From positions 1 through 64,000 of the forward strand of contig NW_005201984.1 in the NCBI RefSeq assembly GCF_000372725.1: a stretch of 64,000 nucleotides of DNA. The letters run 5' to 3'. Source of the stretch: Emiliania huxleyi CCMP1516. Taxonomy: Eukaryota. Position numbers and translations under genes: made by a program. How positions within the stretch are numbered: the first letter of the stretch is position 1; every line of letters begins with the position of its first letter. Below are positions 22,459-33,814 of the stretch, piece after piece. The notes below the pieces were generated by a model. It was not told the DNA's origin. It ran no database searches and saw nothing but the letters and a program-made list of their open reading frames with translations.

Positions 22459-23686
22459 AGCTGCCTCTGCTTCTGCCACTGGCCACTGGCCGCGACCCTT
22501 GTTTGAGCTCACCCACCTGCAGTCAAGAAACCGGCTCCGCTCTACAATGTATTGCCAAATCGCCAAATCGCGAAGCCTTATGCTGTCCGTTTTCTTTCTT
22601 TCTTTCTGCGACTTTCGAGCGCAGTGCGTGCGCCCCACACGTCACGCGAGCGCAGGAGAGTTTGCGGCAGAGCAGTACCGTGTACTAGCCGGAGGCATCG
22701 CGCCGAAAACCCCAAACACAAACAATCTCTCTCTCTAAAAACCCCATTCCGCCCCAACAGAGGATGCAGGAGGCAGACAGATGGCCAATCAATAGCGACG
22801 ATCGTTACAAAATGTAGCGTTACCGGGTGGTTAACGGGAACGAGCCGTGCGTGCAAGCCTTCAGCTGGTGCCAAGACATCCGTATAACGCACCGGCCCTC
22901 AGCGGAGCTGGGAATAGGACCGCCGCAAGCGGCGTGGCGTGGAGCGGTTGAGCATCCCTCCGGGGGCCCCTCTGCGCCGGGGGGGAGGCGTTGTTGGAGG
23001 CTAGGACGCAAGCGTCCGTCGCCCTTTTCAAACTCGGGGCCCACTCCGCTACGCTCCGACCCGAATTTGGAGGGCCTAAAAGTTTAAGGTGTTGCTGCGC
23101 AAAAGGGGTCGGACACAGGGCGCAGCTCATGCTAAGAGCTAGAAGGGGAGCTAGAGAGAACGACTACCCTGTCCCGTTATTGCGTACACCAACACCACAA
23201 AAGCTCAAACAAAAGCTCAAACAATTACGTGTGAGTGTTAGAGTTGTTTGGTATTGCTAAAAATCTCTCTCTCAAAAGCTCTCTCTCTCCTGTCCTCACT
23301 CAGTCAGAGGGGCGCAGGGGGGTCACAACTACCGAGTCCCCGACTAGCTGCCACGTTGCCGAGCGCAGCCACCTGCGGACCTGGCCAGCCTGTTCCTGGC
23401 TCGAGCCCAGCCTTCTCCTCCGCTGCCGCCAGCCTCGCAGTCCCGCCAGCCAGCCATCACGCTGCAGAGCCTGCGTAGACGCCACAGACGCCAATTCTGC
23501 AGCCCACAGCCCTGGCAACTGAGGGCCAGCAGTATACGACGACGACGACATCTCACACCCCGCGCTGGCCAGCGCCATCAGCCCCTCACGGCCCCGGCCC
23601 AACCTCCCTTCGCCTTCCTCATCGGGCTCGCCGCTTTGCAATCGCTTCCCGGCCCGCCTCCATTGGCCAGCAAGGTCGGCGATTCA

Positions 23687-26600
23687 ATGGCCGACACCGT
23701 CCTCTCGCTCCTCTTCGAGGACATCCATTCCTCGCTCGCAGCGGCGATCGATGCTGTCGTCAGCGATCACGGCGTCCCCGGCTCAAAGGAGAGCCCCGCG
23801 GCGGTCGCGGCGTGGCAGGAGTTCCCACGCTCGTCGCCGAGCTTCCGCATGCAAACCGAGCGGCTGAGCAGAGTGGCTGGCAGCCTCGACTTTCAGCAGG
23901 GCGCGATCGGTCTGCTCCTGCGCCTCATGCCGCCCTCCGGCGACCTTGAGGCGGGCGAGGTGCCATTTGGCTTCCAGAGCCTTCTTTCGAGGCTGAATTG
24001 TGTGGAGTCGTGCCTCGGCGGCGTCCCGACGGGGCGCAAGGCGGCCGCGCTGCAAGCGAGGGGCGAAGGGCGGCTCGCCGAGTTGGTCTTCACCGTGGTC
24101 CCCCTCGCAGTGGCTGACATCCTCGCTTGCATCCTCGGCGAGAGGCCAGAGGGCAGCACCGACCGTATCCCGCTCCCTCCCTCCTCGGAGGCAGCCCTGT
24201 TGCAGCTGGCGTTTCGCGGCCTATGCTCCTCGGGCGGCCAGCAGCAGCTGCACCCGTCGCTCCACGAGGCACTCGCTCGCCGCGCAGTGCTCTCGTGGCG
24301 GGAGGTGATCCGCCATCTCTCCACCTCATCCTTCGAAACCGCCTGCGCCGAGCTCAACAAGCAGCTCCACGCCGACTCGAGCGCCGACGAGGCGATGGCT
24401 TACCTCGTCGGCTGCCAGCGCATCTCCCTGCCGAAGGACCCGTGCTCGCCCATGGTGCAGCCCTTCTTCCAGCTCCTCGCGCGGCTCGCCGCGCAAAGCC
24501 GCAGGCCCTTCAACACGGCCGCGTTTCGGCGTTGCCTGCTCTGGAACCTCGAGGGCGCGGTGCAGCAGGTGCGGGGGCAGGTCGAGGGCGACGCGTCGAT
24601 GCTACAGACGTGGGTTGCGCTCTACCTCGACTGCCTCGAGCAGGGCAGCGAGCTTGCCGGGCTGGCGCTCCCCGCGGCCGCGCTGCTCGTGTCCCGCGGG
24701 CCTGCCGCGATGTGGTTCTGCCACATGGACGTCGGCAAGGAGTCCAAGAAGGTGGCGAAGGGCTTGCTCGGGGGCAAGAAGGTTGGCCTGCTGAGGCTGT
24801 GCCTCACCGACCTGGCCTACGAGGAGCGGACCTCGCGGCCGGCGCTCTGCGCCGTGCTGCGGCTCCTCGCGGGGGGGGCCCAGCTGCCCGCCTCGGCGGT
24901 CGCCCCCGCAACCGACGGCGAGTGGTGGCGGGCGCCCACGCCCGACGAGGAGGCCGGGCAGATGCCGCTCATGACTTCGCGCATGCCTCACGAGAGCGAT
25001 GAGTCCACCGCTGCGATGAACGAGCGGCTCCGCTTTGTGGCCGAGAAGCTCTTTTGGCGCAAGTCGACCGGCAGGCATGTGCGGCTGCCCAAGCTGCTCG
25101 AGAACGGCGACGTCGTCGTGCTCATCGTCGGGCAGATCGCGGTGCACTCGCCCACCGTCGCGATGGACACGGTCGAGCGCCTCCTCGCCGAGGGAAGGGA
25201 TGCCGAGTACCAGCTTCTCGGCGTCTGCGCGCTGCGCCGCCTCCTCTCGTACAGCCTCCTCTCGGGGCAGCTCGAGGCGCAGGCGGCGCGCCTCCTCTCC
25301 ATCATCGGCGCCTGCGAGGCGGCGGTCGGCGCAGAGAAGCGCGGGCTAGCGCTGGCGCCGCTCGCCCCCGCGGAGCCCGAGCACCCTGACGCAGTGAAGC
25401 GGCTCCTCCGCTCTGCCGGCTCGCGCAAGGACAGGGAGGTGGCCCTTCGACTGGCGACGTACCGGGAGGCGGTGGCCTGCGTACCGCTCGTGCTACCCCC
25501 GCAGTGCCTGCAGGACCGCTCCTTCTTCGGACAGCTGCTCATCCACTCCGACCACGACCTCGCCACCGCCACCTCTGTCGCGCTGCAGCAGCTCATGGCG
25601 GACGCGGCCTGGCGGCGGACAGCGGTGCTCTGCACGGCCAAGCTGCTCGAGCGCGCGGTGGAGGCGCCGGGCGGCTCGCGCGCTCTGCTCTGCAGCAAAG
25701 AGCACCATGGCGTGGCGCTGCAGGGCGTCGAGGCGCAGCTGCTCACGCTCGCCCTCCATCTCAAGAAGGGGCTTCACCTGTGGGCCGCCTCCATCGCGTC
25801 CGAGCCGTGGCCGCTCGAGTCGCTGCAAGAGGAGGCGGAGGGGACTGCCGTCGCCCGGCTTGCCAAGAGGCTGGCCGAGGCGGACGCGGCTGCCGCGTCC
25901 CTGCTTCTGCACCCGTCTGTCGCGCTTCGGGCCGAAGGTCTCGCGCTTCTCGAGGCCATCGCCGCCCTCCACTCGGCACACGAGGAGGCGTACCGGAGGG
26001 CGCTGGCCGGCAGGCTCGCCGCCGTCGAGTCGGCGACGCGCAAGCACCGCGCCGCTGGCGACAATCGCGAGGCGGAGGCGGGTCAGCGCGAGGAGGACGA
26101 GCTCCGAGGGCGGATCGACCGCCAAGAGGCGTCGGAACCCTTCCTGATCCACATCCTCGATCGTGCGAGGCGTCGATTGTGCGCCGGGCGATCCGGCGAG
26201 ACCTGACCGAGGCAGCGCACGGCGTGCTCACCAAGGTGCCGTCGCAGGCGTCCATCGACCAAATGCAGATCCCGCCGCTGCGCAAGCTGCTCATGCTCCC
26301 TCCGGCCTCGCTCGGGATCGGCTCGCAGTTCATGTTTGTCGTTGCAGAGATTGCGAGCAGCCTCCTTCGGCAGGGCTGCACTCTCCGCGCGGCGCGGCTT
26401 CGCAGCATCCTCGCCGCGGCACTCGGCAAGATGCCTGCCTCCAAGGACCTTGCAGCCTTTGTTGCGGATGGCAGCGCGGACTTGGGTGTGCTGTGGCGCA
26501 ACCACTACGCGGCGCTCACCATCGAGAAGGGACCTCGCCCCCCCCCCCTCTCTGAGCTCACCAGCCCTTGCCTACCTCCATAGGCGCTCTTTGCGCTCTG

Positions 26601-29600
26601 TGGCGCGTGCAAGCCGATGCAGGTCGCGGCGGTCGAGAAGAAACCAGCGCCGCCACCGCCGCCGCCGGCACAGTCACCACCGCTCCACACGCCTTCGCCC
26701 TTCTTCCCGCCCCCTCCGCCGCTCCTCGGCGGCGCCGCCCAGCCGGCGCCCAAGGTTGTCCCGCCGCCAGCAATCCTTGGCGCACCGCCGCCCGCACTCG
26801 GCGCACCGCCGGTGCTCAGCCCGCCGCCGACTCTCGGCGCGCCGCCGCCGCCACCGAGACTCGGTGCGCCGACGCCCGCGCTCGGCACGCCCACGCTCTT
26901 GAGCATGCCCGACCTCGGCGGCGGCGGCGGCGGCGCTGATGCGGACGACAACCCTGTCCAGCAAAAGGCCGCGGCCGCGCAGGGCTTAGTCGGCTGGGAT
27001 GCCTACTCCCCTCGCTCCGTCGAGCACCTCCCCCCGCCTCTGCGCAGTGGCGCTTCTCGCCTCGCTCCGCCGCCCCTCGCCAGCGATGCCAGCGATGATG
27101 CTGGCGACGTGGTCCCGCCACCCCCTGTCCTCTTCCCGGGAGCAGGCGGGCGCATGGACCTGCCGCCTCCTCCTCTGCTCGGCGGCCTCGCCGCGGGCCC
27201 GCCCTCGCCGCCGCCCTCGCCGCCCGCGCAGCCGCCGCCGTCGACGCGCGGGTTCCTCAACAGCTTCCTCGGGGGCGGGTCGCGACGGGAGTCGACAGAC
27301 AGCGGGCTGCACACCGTCGATGCGTGCCCGCCGCACGAAGCGGCTGTCGTCGAGGCGTACAACGTGACGAAGCCTCTCGCCGACCGGCTCTGGCCCGTTT
27401 TGGCGGACAAGGACCTCGCGGATGGCTGGACCGGCCTCTCGGTTGCCCTCCTCGCCTCGTGCCTGGACTCCGACGGTGCGTCCATGGGCGTCGAATCGCT
27501 CTCCGCCTGGTGGACGGGCCTCTCTCGGCGCAGGGATGACCTTCGGCTGTCGATGGCGCGCACGCTTCGCTCCATCACGCAGACCGAGGGGTTCGGCCGC
27601 GCTGTGCTATCCGACGCGGCGCGGTCCGAGCACCAGCGCCTTCTCAAGCTGTGCCTGGGCTTTGTGCGTGAGTCCAAGCGCGTGCTCGAGGACCCGTCCT
27701 GCGTAAGCAACTACCCGCTGTGCCTCGAGGTTGTGCAGCTCGTCGCGAGCCTCGCGGCGGCCACGGCTGGCGACGTCCGGTACGATCCCAAGCGCTGGCT
27801 TCGACCACTGATGGTGCCCGCATCGCTTCAAAACTCGTGGCCCATCGTGGAGCGCTGCTCGCTGCTCGAGCTTCTCATGCGGTGGGTGCGGTGGCGCGAG
27901 GACAAGGCGCTGGCGGCGCTGGCCACCGGCGGAGTAAGGCCGCAGACGCAGCGTTCGACGCCCGCGGTGGGCTCGCTCGAGGAGCAGGCTCTCTTCCGGA
28001 TCGAGACGGTCTCTGCCCACGCGATCCTCCTCCTCGTGCAGTCGGGCCCGGTCATGGAGCGCGACCGTCTCCTTGCGATCGCAGAGGCGGGGCCGTGGTC
28101 GCGGGATCTCGACCTCCTCGGCTGGTATGAGAGCACGCACGCAGAGGAGGGGCACAACACGCTCGCGTGCCTCCTCGGGCACCACTTTGAGCATCTCCTC
28201 CCCGCCTTCCTCCATCGCGCCTACTTTTTCGCCGGCTCGTCGCCCCGCCTCTCCACGAGGTACTTTCACGCCATCGTCGATGCGCTTGTCCCGGCCGACG
28301 CCGCACTCGACGATGGGCCGGCGGCGGCGTCGGACCGCGACTTTGAGTCCGAGGTGGAGGCCGCCTCTCCGAGCCTGATGCTGTTCGGCATGATCCACCT
28401 CGCCTCGACCGACGCGCGCACGCGCTCGCGGGCGTTCGACCTGATCTGCCGCCTGACCGACTCCTTTGGCCCGGCCGAGGGGTTCGAGTGCGATGGCTCT
28501 TCGCTCGGAGCGCGTCGGCTCCTCTACGCCGCCGACGAGCCCACGCCGATGCTGCTCTCATCGCATCTCGAGAAGATGCGGCTCGCCGTCGCGGCCCAGT
28601 GCCCGGCGCTCTCGCTGCCTCTCGTGCGTGGGGGCGTAGCCCTCCTCACGCAGACTCAGCCGCTCGCCCTGACCGGAGCGCAACAGCTGCTGGTACTACG
28701 CACCCTCTCACCGTGGCTGGCCAACTTGCAGCTCGAGCCGCTGCCGTCCAGCCGGCTCTCGGAGTCATCCACCTTCCAGTTCCTGCGCGAAATCGCCATC
28801 GTCGGACTCCAGCCGTGGTCGGCTTCCGGCGAGGCTGGGGATGCCTATGGTGCGCTGTGGCACCAGCTGTCGGCACGCCCTGCAGACCGATCGACCGCCG
28901 GACAGCCCGCCGCCCCGTCCAACGCTTATGTGATTGCGTCGTTCATGCTCCAAGTCGCCTCGCGGTCGGACAAGGCGGCGACACTCGTGCGGCGGCTCGC
29001 AGTCATCGCCTTCGACGCTTCGCCGGCCGAGTTGCTGCCGATGCTGCTCGCGCGCATTGAGGGCGAGCCTCTCGAGGAGTCACCGCCGCCCACCACGCAA
29101 CCCTGCGCCCCCGGCCCGGGAGGCCTCATCGAGTCGGTGGGCTCTGCAGTGCAGCACGTGTGGAGGCGCCTCTCCACCAGCGCGTCGGCGCAGAGCGCAG
29201 CAAGCCCCGCGCCGCCGCCACATGCGCCGCCGGTGGGCCCGGCGCCGCCGCCGCCTCCTCCACCACCGCCTCTGCTGTCGGCAAAACCACCTCCTCTGCT
29301 GTCGGCGGGCCCTCCGCCGATGCTATCAGCAGGGCAGCCGGGGGGTCGGGACGACCAGTCCCCAGCCGCGCCCGGGCCACCACTCGACGCGCCGTCTGAG
29401 GTGGTCGAAGGCGCCTCCGGTGCGGACCAGGCTGAGGACCCCATCATGGCTGCCGTCGTTGCGCTTTCGGGCAAGCCCTCGAGGGTGCAGCCGCGAACGC
29501 TTCGGTTCGCCTCGGCGGCGGCAGCTACTGAGGCGGAGTCGGCGCCGGCCGTGCCCGGGGGGCTGCCCGAGGAGAACGAGGCGGTCCCTGCGCCAGAGGA

Positions 29601-31440
29601 GGAGGAGGGAGAGGAGGAGCTCCTCGCGAGCACCGAGCAGCTGAGGGCCGCAGCGCTGCTGATGCTCATCGAGCCGCTCCGCCACTCGATGCAGCGGCCG
29701 CTCGCGCAATCGGCCGTGTGCGGGGAGATGCCGCGTATCCTCAACCTTGCGCTCCTGCTCATGCACTCGCAGTCCGAGTCGGCCTTGAGCGTCGAGGAGA
29801 ACCGCTCGCTCCGCCAGCTCTTGCGGGCTATGCTCGAGTCGATCGTCGAGGCCCACCGCCAGTCGGCGGGCCTCGCTCACTTGCCGGTCGGCGTCACGAC
29901 CAACCAGCTGCCGAGAGAGGTCTTGGCCCTCACCGAGCGGCTCGGCCTGGCGAGCTTCCGCCTGCGCTGGCCGCGCGTGCCAAATGAGGTCAACAACGCG
30001 ACACCGAGCATCGCAATGGCGATGGAGGCGGTCAACTGCTGCCCGATCAAGGAGGCGCTGTGTGGCATCCTCGCGTGCGTCGAGGGCCTAGGCAGGACCG
30101 AAGTGGCCGCCGAGTGGTTCAGCCTCGCAATTAACCGCCTGCGCCAGCCCATGGAGCTCGCCGATCGGTTCAAGGAGCTGTCTCTCGTGCGGCTCTTGCT
30201 GCCGCTGCAGCCGGAGCACGTGCGGGTTACGGGTCTGTTCCACCTCGTCCTCGAGTCTGCGCAGACCGCGTTGCTGGAGCTCGAGGGGGCGGCCGCCGCG
30301 CGTCAGCACAAGTCGCTCCCGCTCGCGCTGGCGGAGGAGGCGGGAGCGCTCCTCGGCGACATTGCCGCAAGGCTCGCCGCCCGTGGGCAGCTCGTCCAGC
30401 AGCCTCTGCTCCCGTGGGCACTAGTTGCGCTGACGGCGTCGCCACACCCATCCATCCACGCCACCGTCTACCCAGCCCTCTGCTTCTGCCTCGACCACGA
30501 GCCGCTGCTCGTCGCGATGCGGGCAGGGACGCTCCTGCCGCCGCCCCCGCGAGCCGACTCTGGCGGAGGCGACGCGTTTGCCGGAGGCCTGCTCGCCGCC
30601 CTCTTGCGAAACGTGTGCGCCGCGGGCTGCTGGGGTGGAGCGGCAGCTAGCGGGCTGCCAGTTGCGCACAATGGCCCCGCCGTTGCCGAGGCCGCGCGTG
30701 GAGCCGCCCTCCAGTCGCTGCGTCTGGCGAGCAGCGTGCAGGCAGCGCTCGTCCTCTCCAGCCCCAAGCGCGAGGTCGCCGAGATGTTGGCAGGCGTGGC
30801 CGCCCCCTTGCTCGATTGCTGGGTCATTCAGCTGTGCGAGCTGCACGCGCTGCTGTCTGGCGCGTCGGCCGACACCTTTGCAACTCGCGCCGCCGCGCTC
30901 GCCGCCTTTGAGGGCCTCAGCGACGCAGCGGTGGCGGTCGACTCGCTGCGAGGCGACACAGGACCGACGACCACCACGGCCGCCTTGGTGGCGGTGGCGA
31001 GCGGCGATTTCGCCCTCGGCGACGGGGACGCGGCCATTCGGTCGCTCGCGACGCCGCTCCTCAAGGCCTTCTTGCCCACTGCTGGCCCGCACCTCGCGCG
31101 ATTCGCGCGGCGCCTTCTCGCCTCGGGGCCCAAGCACTACGCGGCGCCCGTGCTCCTCCTCTGCACGGTCGCCCTCCGCACCCCGGGGGCGGATTGCGTC
31201 GCCGCGTTCAAGCCGATCGTCCAGGGCGTGGCCGGCCTCAGCCTGCCGGCCGTGCCCGACCTCCTCCTTGCCGCTGCAATGGCCGGGACTCGCCCAACCA
31301 GACTCGAGGCGGTCATCACGACCGCCCAGTGCGAGGGCCGCGACACGGCCCTCGCGGCAGGCGCTGCGGACACGGGGGCGGAGACGCGAGGCGCGTCTGG
31401 GGCCCTGCACGCGCTCGAGCAGGTGCTGGCGCGAGCGTGA
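23687..31440 (+). CDS. FRY: Furry/Tao3/Mor2-like HEAT/ARM scaffold (~2550 aa) with a Pro-rich insert; apparent 1-nt frameshift near 26163; GC-AG intron ~26512-26583
   Basis: IVGQIAVHSPTVAM, YREAVACVPLVLP..GQLLIHSDHDLATATSVALQQLM (cf. Furry [34 protein letters not shown]), LMLFGMIHLASTDARTRSRAFDLI, LRTLSPWLANLQL (cf. LLPWLHNIEL). Confidence 0.75.
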
Positions 31441-31969
31441 AGGGCTGAGTGTTGTCGGCCTGAACTGTGAGCTCGTGGTTCGAGGTGCAGGGCAGCCCCC
31501 CCCCCCCCCCCCTTCTCTATGGCGGCGAGGGACTGTGGACACATGGGCAGCAGTGGGCACACAGATGGGGGAGCTTTCGTTAACATCTTCTTTTGTACGG
31601 AAAGAATTTTACAACTAAAGGCTCTGGCACACGGAAAGAAAACAAACAGGCCGAACAGGGCGAGAGGGAGGTGTGAGTGAAAAAAAGTGTTACTGCCAGT
31701 GCGCCAATCCGTGAATCGCTCAATTTTTTTTGTGGTGTGTTAGAGTTAGTGCCAGTGCGCGCCAGTCCCGAGAGAGAGATTTTTAGCAATACCAAACAAC
31801 CCTTTTCCTGGCTCACAAGCTAAAGTTTACGCTAAAGATGTTCACGGGCCCCACAGGGAGGCCGCATGGGGAGCCCCGGGTACTCTTTAGCTGTACTCGT
31901 CTAGGCAGGGGTTGAATACCAAACAACTCTAACACTCACACATCATTGGATCCCTGTTCACGCGCGCGC

Positions 31970-32223
31970 GAGACGTGCAGACAGGGTTGCCAGGTGAGAG
32001 CGAATGGCGCGGTTCACGCCTCGCACAACAGAGAGAGAGATGCGCTCTGCATTGTGGGACATGAAAGAGAGCGAGTACTTGGGCGAGTAGGCCGTGCGGT
32101 CAACGCTGCCGCGCGCGGCTTTGCGCGCGAGGCGGCGCAGCTTGAGACGTGCAGACAGGGTTGCCAGGTGAGAGCGAATGGATGGCGCGGTTCACGCCTC
32201 GCACAACAGACAGAGAGAGAGAT
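31970..32223 (+). repeat. ~75-bp direct duplication (31970-32042 and 32144-32223)
   Basis: GAGACGTGCAGACAGGGTTGCCAGGTGAGAGCGAATGG...CGCGGTTCACGCCTCGCACAACAG occurs twice. Confidence 0.9.
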
Positions 32224-32576
32224 GGCAGCCCTTGTTGTCAGTCCCGTGCCTAGATCTAGTGTTGTGAGAGGGCGCTGCTGTTAATTCTTTTTTTGGGGGC
32301 GCGCCGCCAGGCGCGTCCCCACTTTTGTATCACAGCTGCGAGGGCCAACCAAGGGATTCGGCGCGTCAAGTTAACTTGACCGCTCGTTCGGGCTTTGGGC
32401 CGCAGGCCGGCGCGCAGCGCCACGCCGCCAGGCGTCCGCCGGAGGCCCGCCGGAGGCTCTTCCTGCGGCCACATTCTGGCAAGATTCCGCCGCGCTCAGG
32501 CGCCCAGAGGATGCGTGCGCTGCGCTCAAACGTCGCGATTTGGCAATAGGCGCTCGAGCCGGCGCACAGCGGACGG

Positions 32577-33344
32577 GTGCGCCGCGCAGGGGGGGTCGGA
32601 GGGGTGCGAGAGGGGGCGTGGGTCAGGCGCGCACCGGCCGGCTCCGGGAGCGGCCGTCACGTCGAGGAGGGGGGCTGTCGGCGGCTCGAGCGGCGAGGCG
32701 TGCCACTCTGCTTCGCCGCCGACAGCCCCTCTTCCGAGCCGGCGCGTGGCGACGAGCCGCGGCCAGTGTCGCTGGTTCCTTTGGCGGCGCAGCGTTTATC
32801 CCCCCCACCCGCGCCCGCCCGCCCGACCGCCCGCCCGCCCTCAGGCCTTGCCCCTTCGCAGGCGCGGGAGCGCTCGCCGGCGAGCACCTCCTACCTCTCC
32901 TCGCCCGGCTGCTCCCTTGCCCCGTCGCCCGCCGCGCCCTCGCCCGGCCTCAAGAGCTTGGCGGCCTTTGTCCGCCAGCTCAAGGCGTGGGACGAGGCGT
33001 GCGCCGACGGCCGCTCGTCGTGCTGGTTCGAGACGGAGGGCGACCTCCCGCGGCTGGCCGGGGAGGCGCTGCTGGCCGAGGCGGCCGCGACGGGCGCGAG
33101 GCGGATCGCCTTTGACGCCGTCGCGGCGCGTCTCGAGGCGACCGCGGCGCCGCCGCCGCCTCTCGGCACCGCTTTGGCCGCGTGGCCCACGGGATGGGGC
33201 ATCGAGGAGGGCAACTTCTGCGGGCTGGCGCACTGGGCTGTGGAGGTGTGGCACGCGGCCGGGTCGGTCGACGCGAGCCGGTGGCAGGTCGAGGCTGACG
33301 GAGGGCGCCTCTTCTTTGTGCGGGTCGCGGAAAAGGCCGCATAA
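32577..33344 (+). CDS. Hypothetical protein (5' structure uncertain)
   Basis: Coding-like 3' part LKSLAAFVRQLKAWDEACADG..WFETEGDL..WGIEEGNFCGLAHWAVEVW..RLFFVRVAEKAA with strong third-position GC. Confidence 0.55.
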   Translation: MRRAGGVGGVREGAWVRRAPAGSGSGRHVEEGGCRRLERRGVPLCFAADSPSSEPARGDEPRPVSLVPLAAQRLSPPPAPARPTARPPSGLAPSQARERSPASTSYLSSPGCSLAPSPAAPSPGLKSLAAFVRQLKAWDEACADGRSSCWFETEGDLPRLAGEALLAEAAATGARRIAFDAVAARLEATAAPPPPLGTALAAWPTGWGIEEGNFCGLAHWAVEVWHAAGSVDASRWQVEADGGRLFFVRVAEKAA

Positions 33345-33520
33345 TCGCGCTCTCCGCCGAGGCCCGCCTCGGCGACGGCGCTCGCCGCGCAGCAGCAGGC
33401 CAGCAGCAGTAGCAGCAGCAGCAGCAGCACGTGATTCTTGACACATGATTACACTACACAGTCCTCCCTTCGGTTGTCGTTTCGACCCTGTTTTTTCTTC
33501 TATCGCAGCGCACTCGCATC

Positions 33521-33596
33521 TGTGAGCCTAGCGCAGCGCGAACTCGCCGTCTGAGCCTAGCGCAGCGCGAACTCGCTCTGAGCCTAGCGCAGCGCC
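33521..33596 (+). repeat. Three tandem ~26-29 bp units TGAGCCTAGCGCAGCGCGAACTCGC
   Basis: Directly visible upstream of the ABCG gene. Confidence 0.85.
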
Positions 33597-33814
33597 TCGG
33601 AAAACACCATTTTGGCTCGCCAACAAGCCCTCCGCGCCCCCACACCGTTAGGATAATACATTTTTGAAGTTCCGAGAGAGAGAGAGAGTCCGCGCAAGTC
33701 CGCGCCCTTGTTGTGCTACTGTGCTCCGAAAAGTTAATTCTTTCGGCATTCCGGCGTCTCCCTTGCCCTTCGCTTCGGAGAAGTTGCATAAGGTTGGCCG
33801 TCCTCCGCCACCGT

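Noticed and set aside
26150..26210. Programmed ribosomal frameshift in Furry
   Set aside because: No slippery heptamer or obvious stimulatory structure; an indel is simpler.
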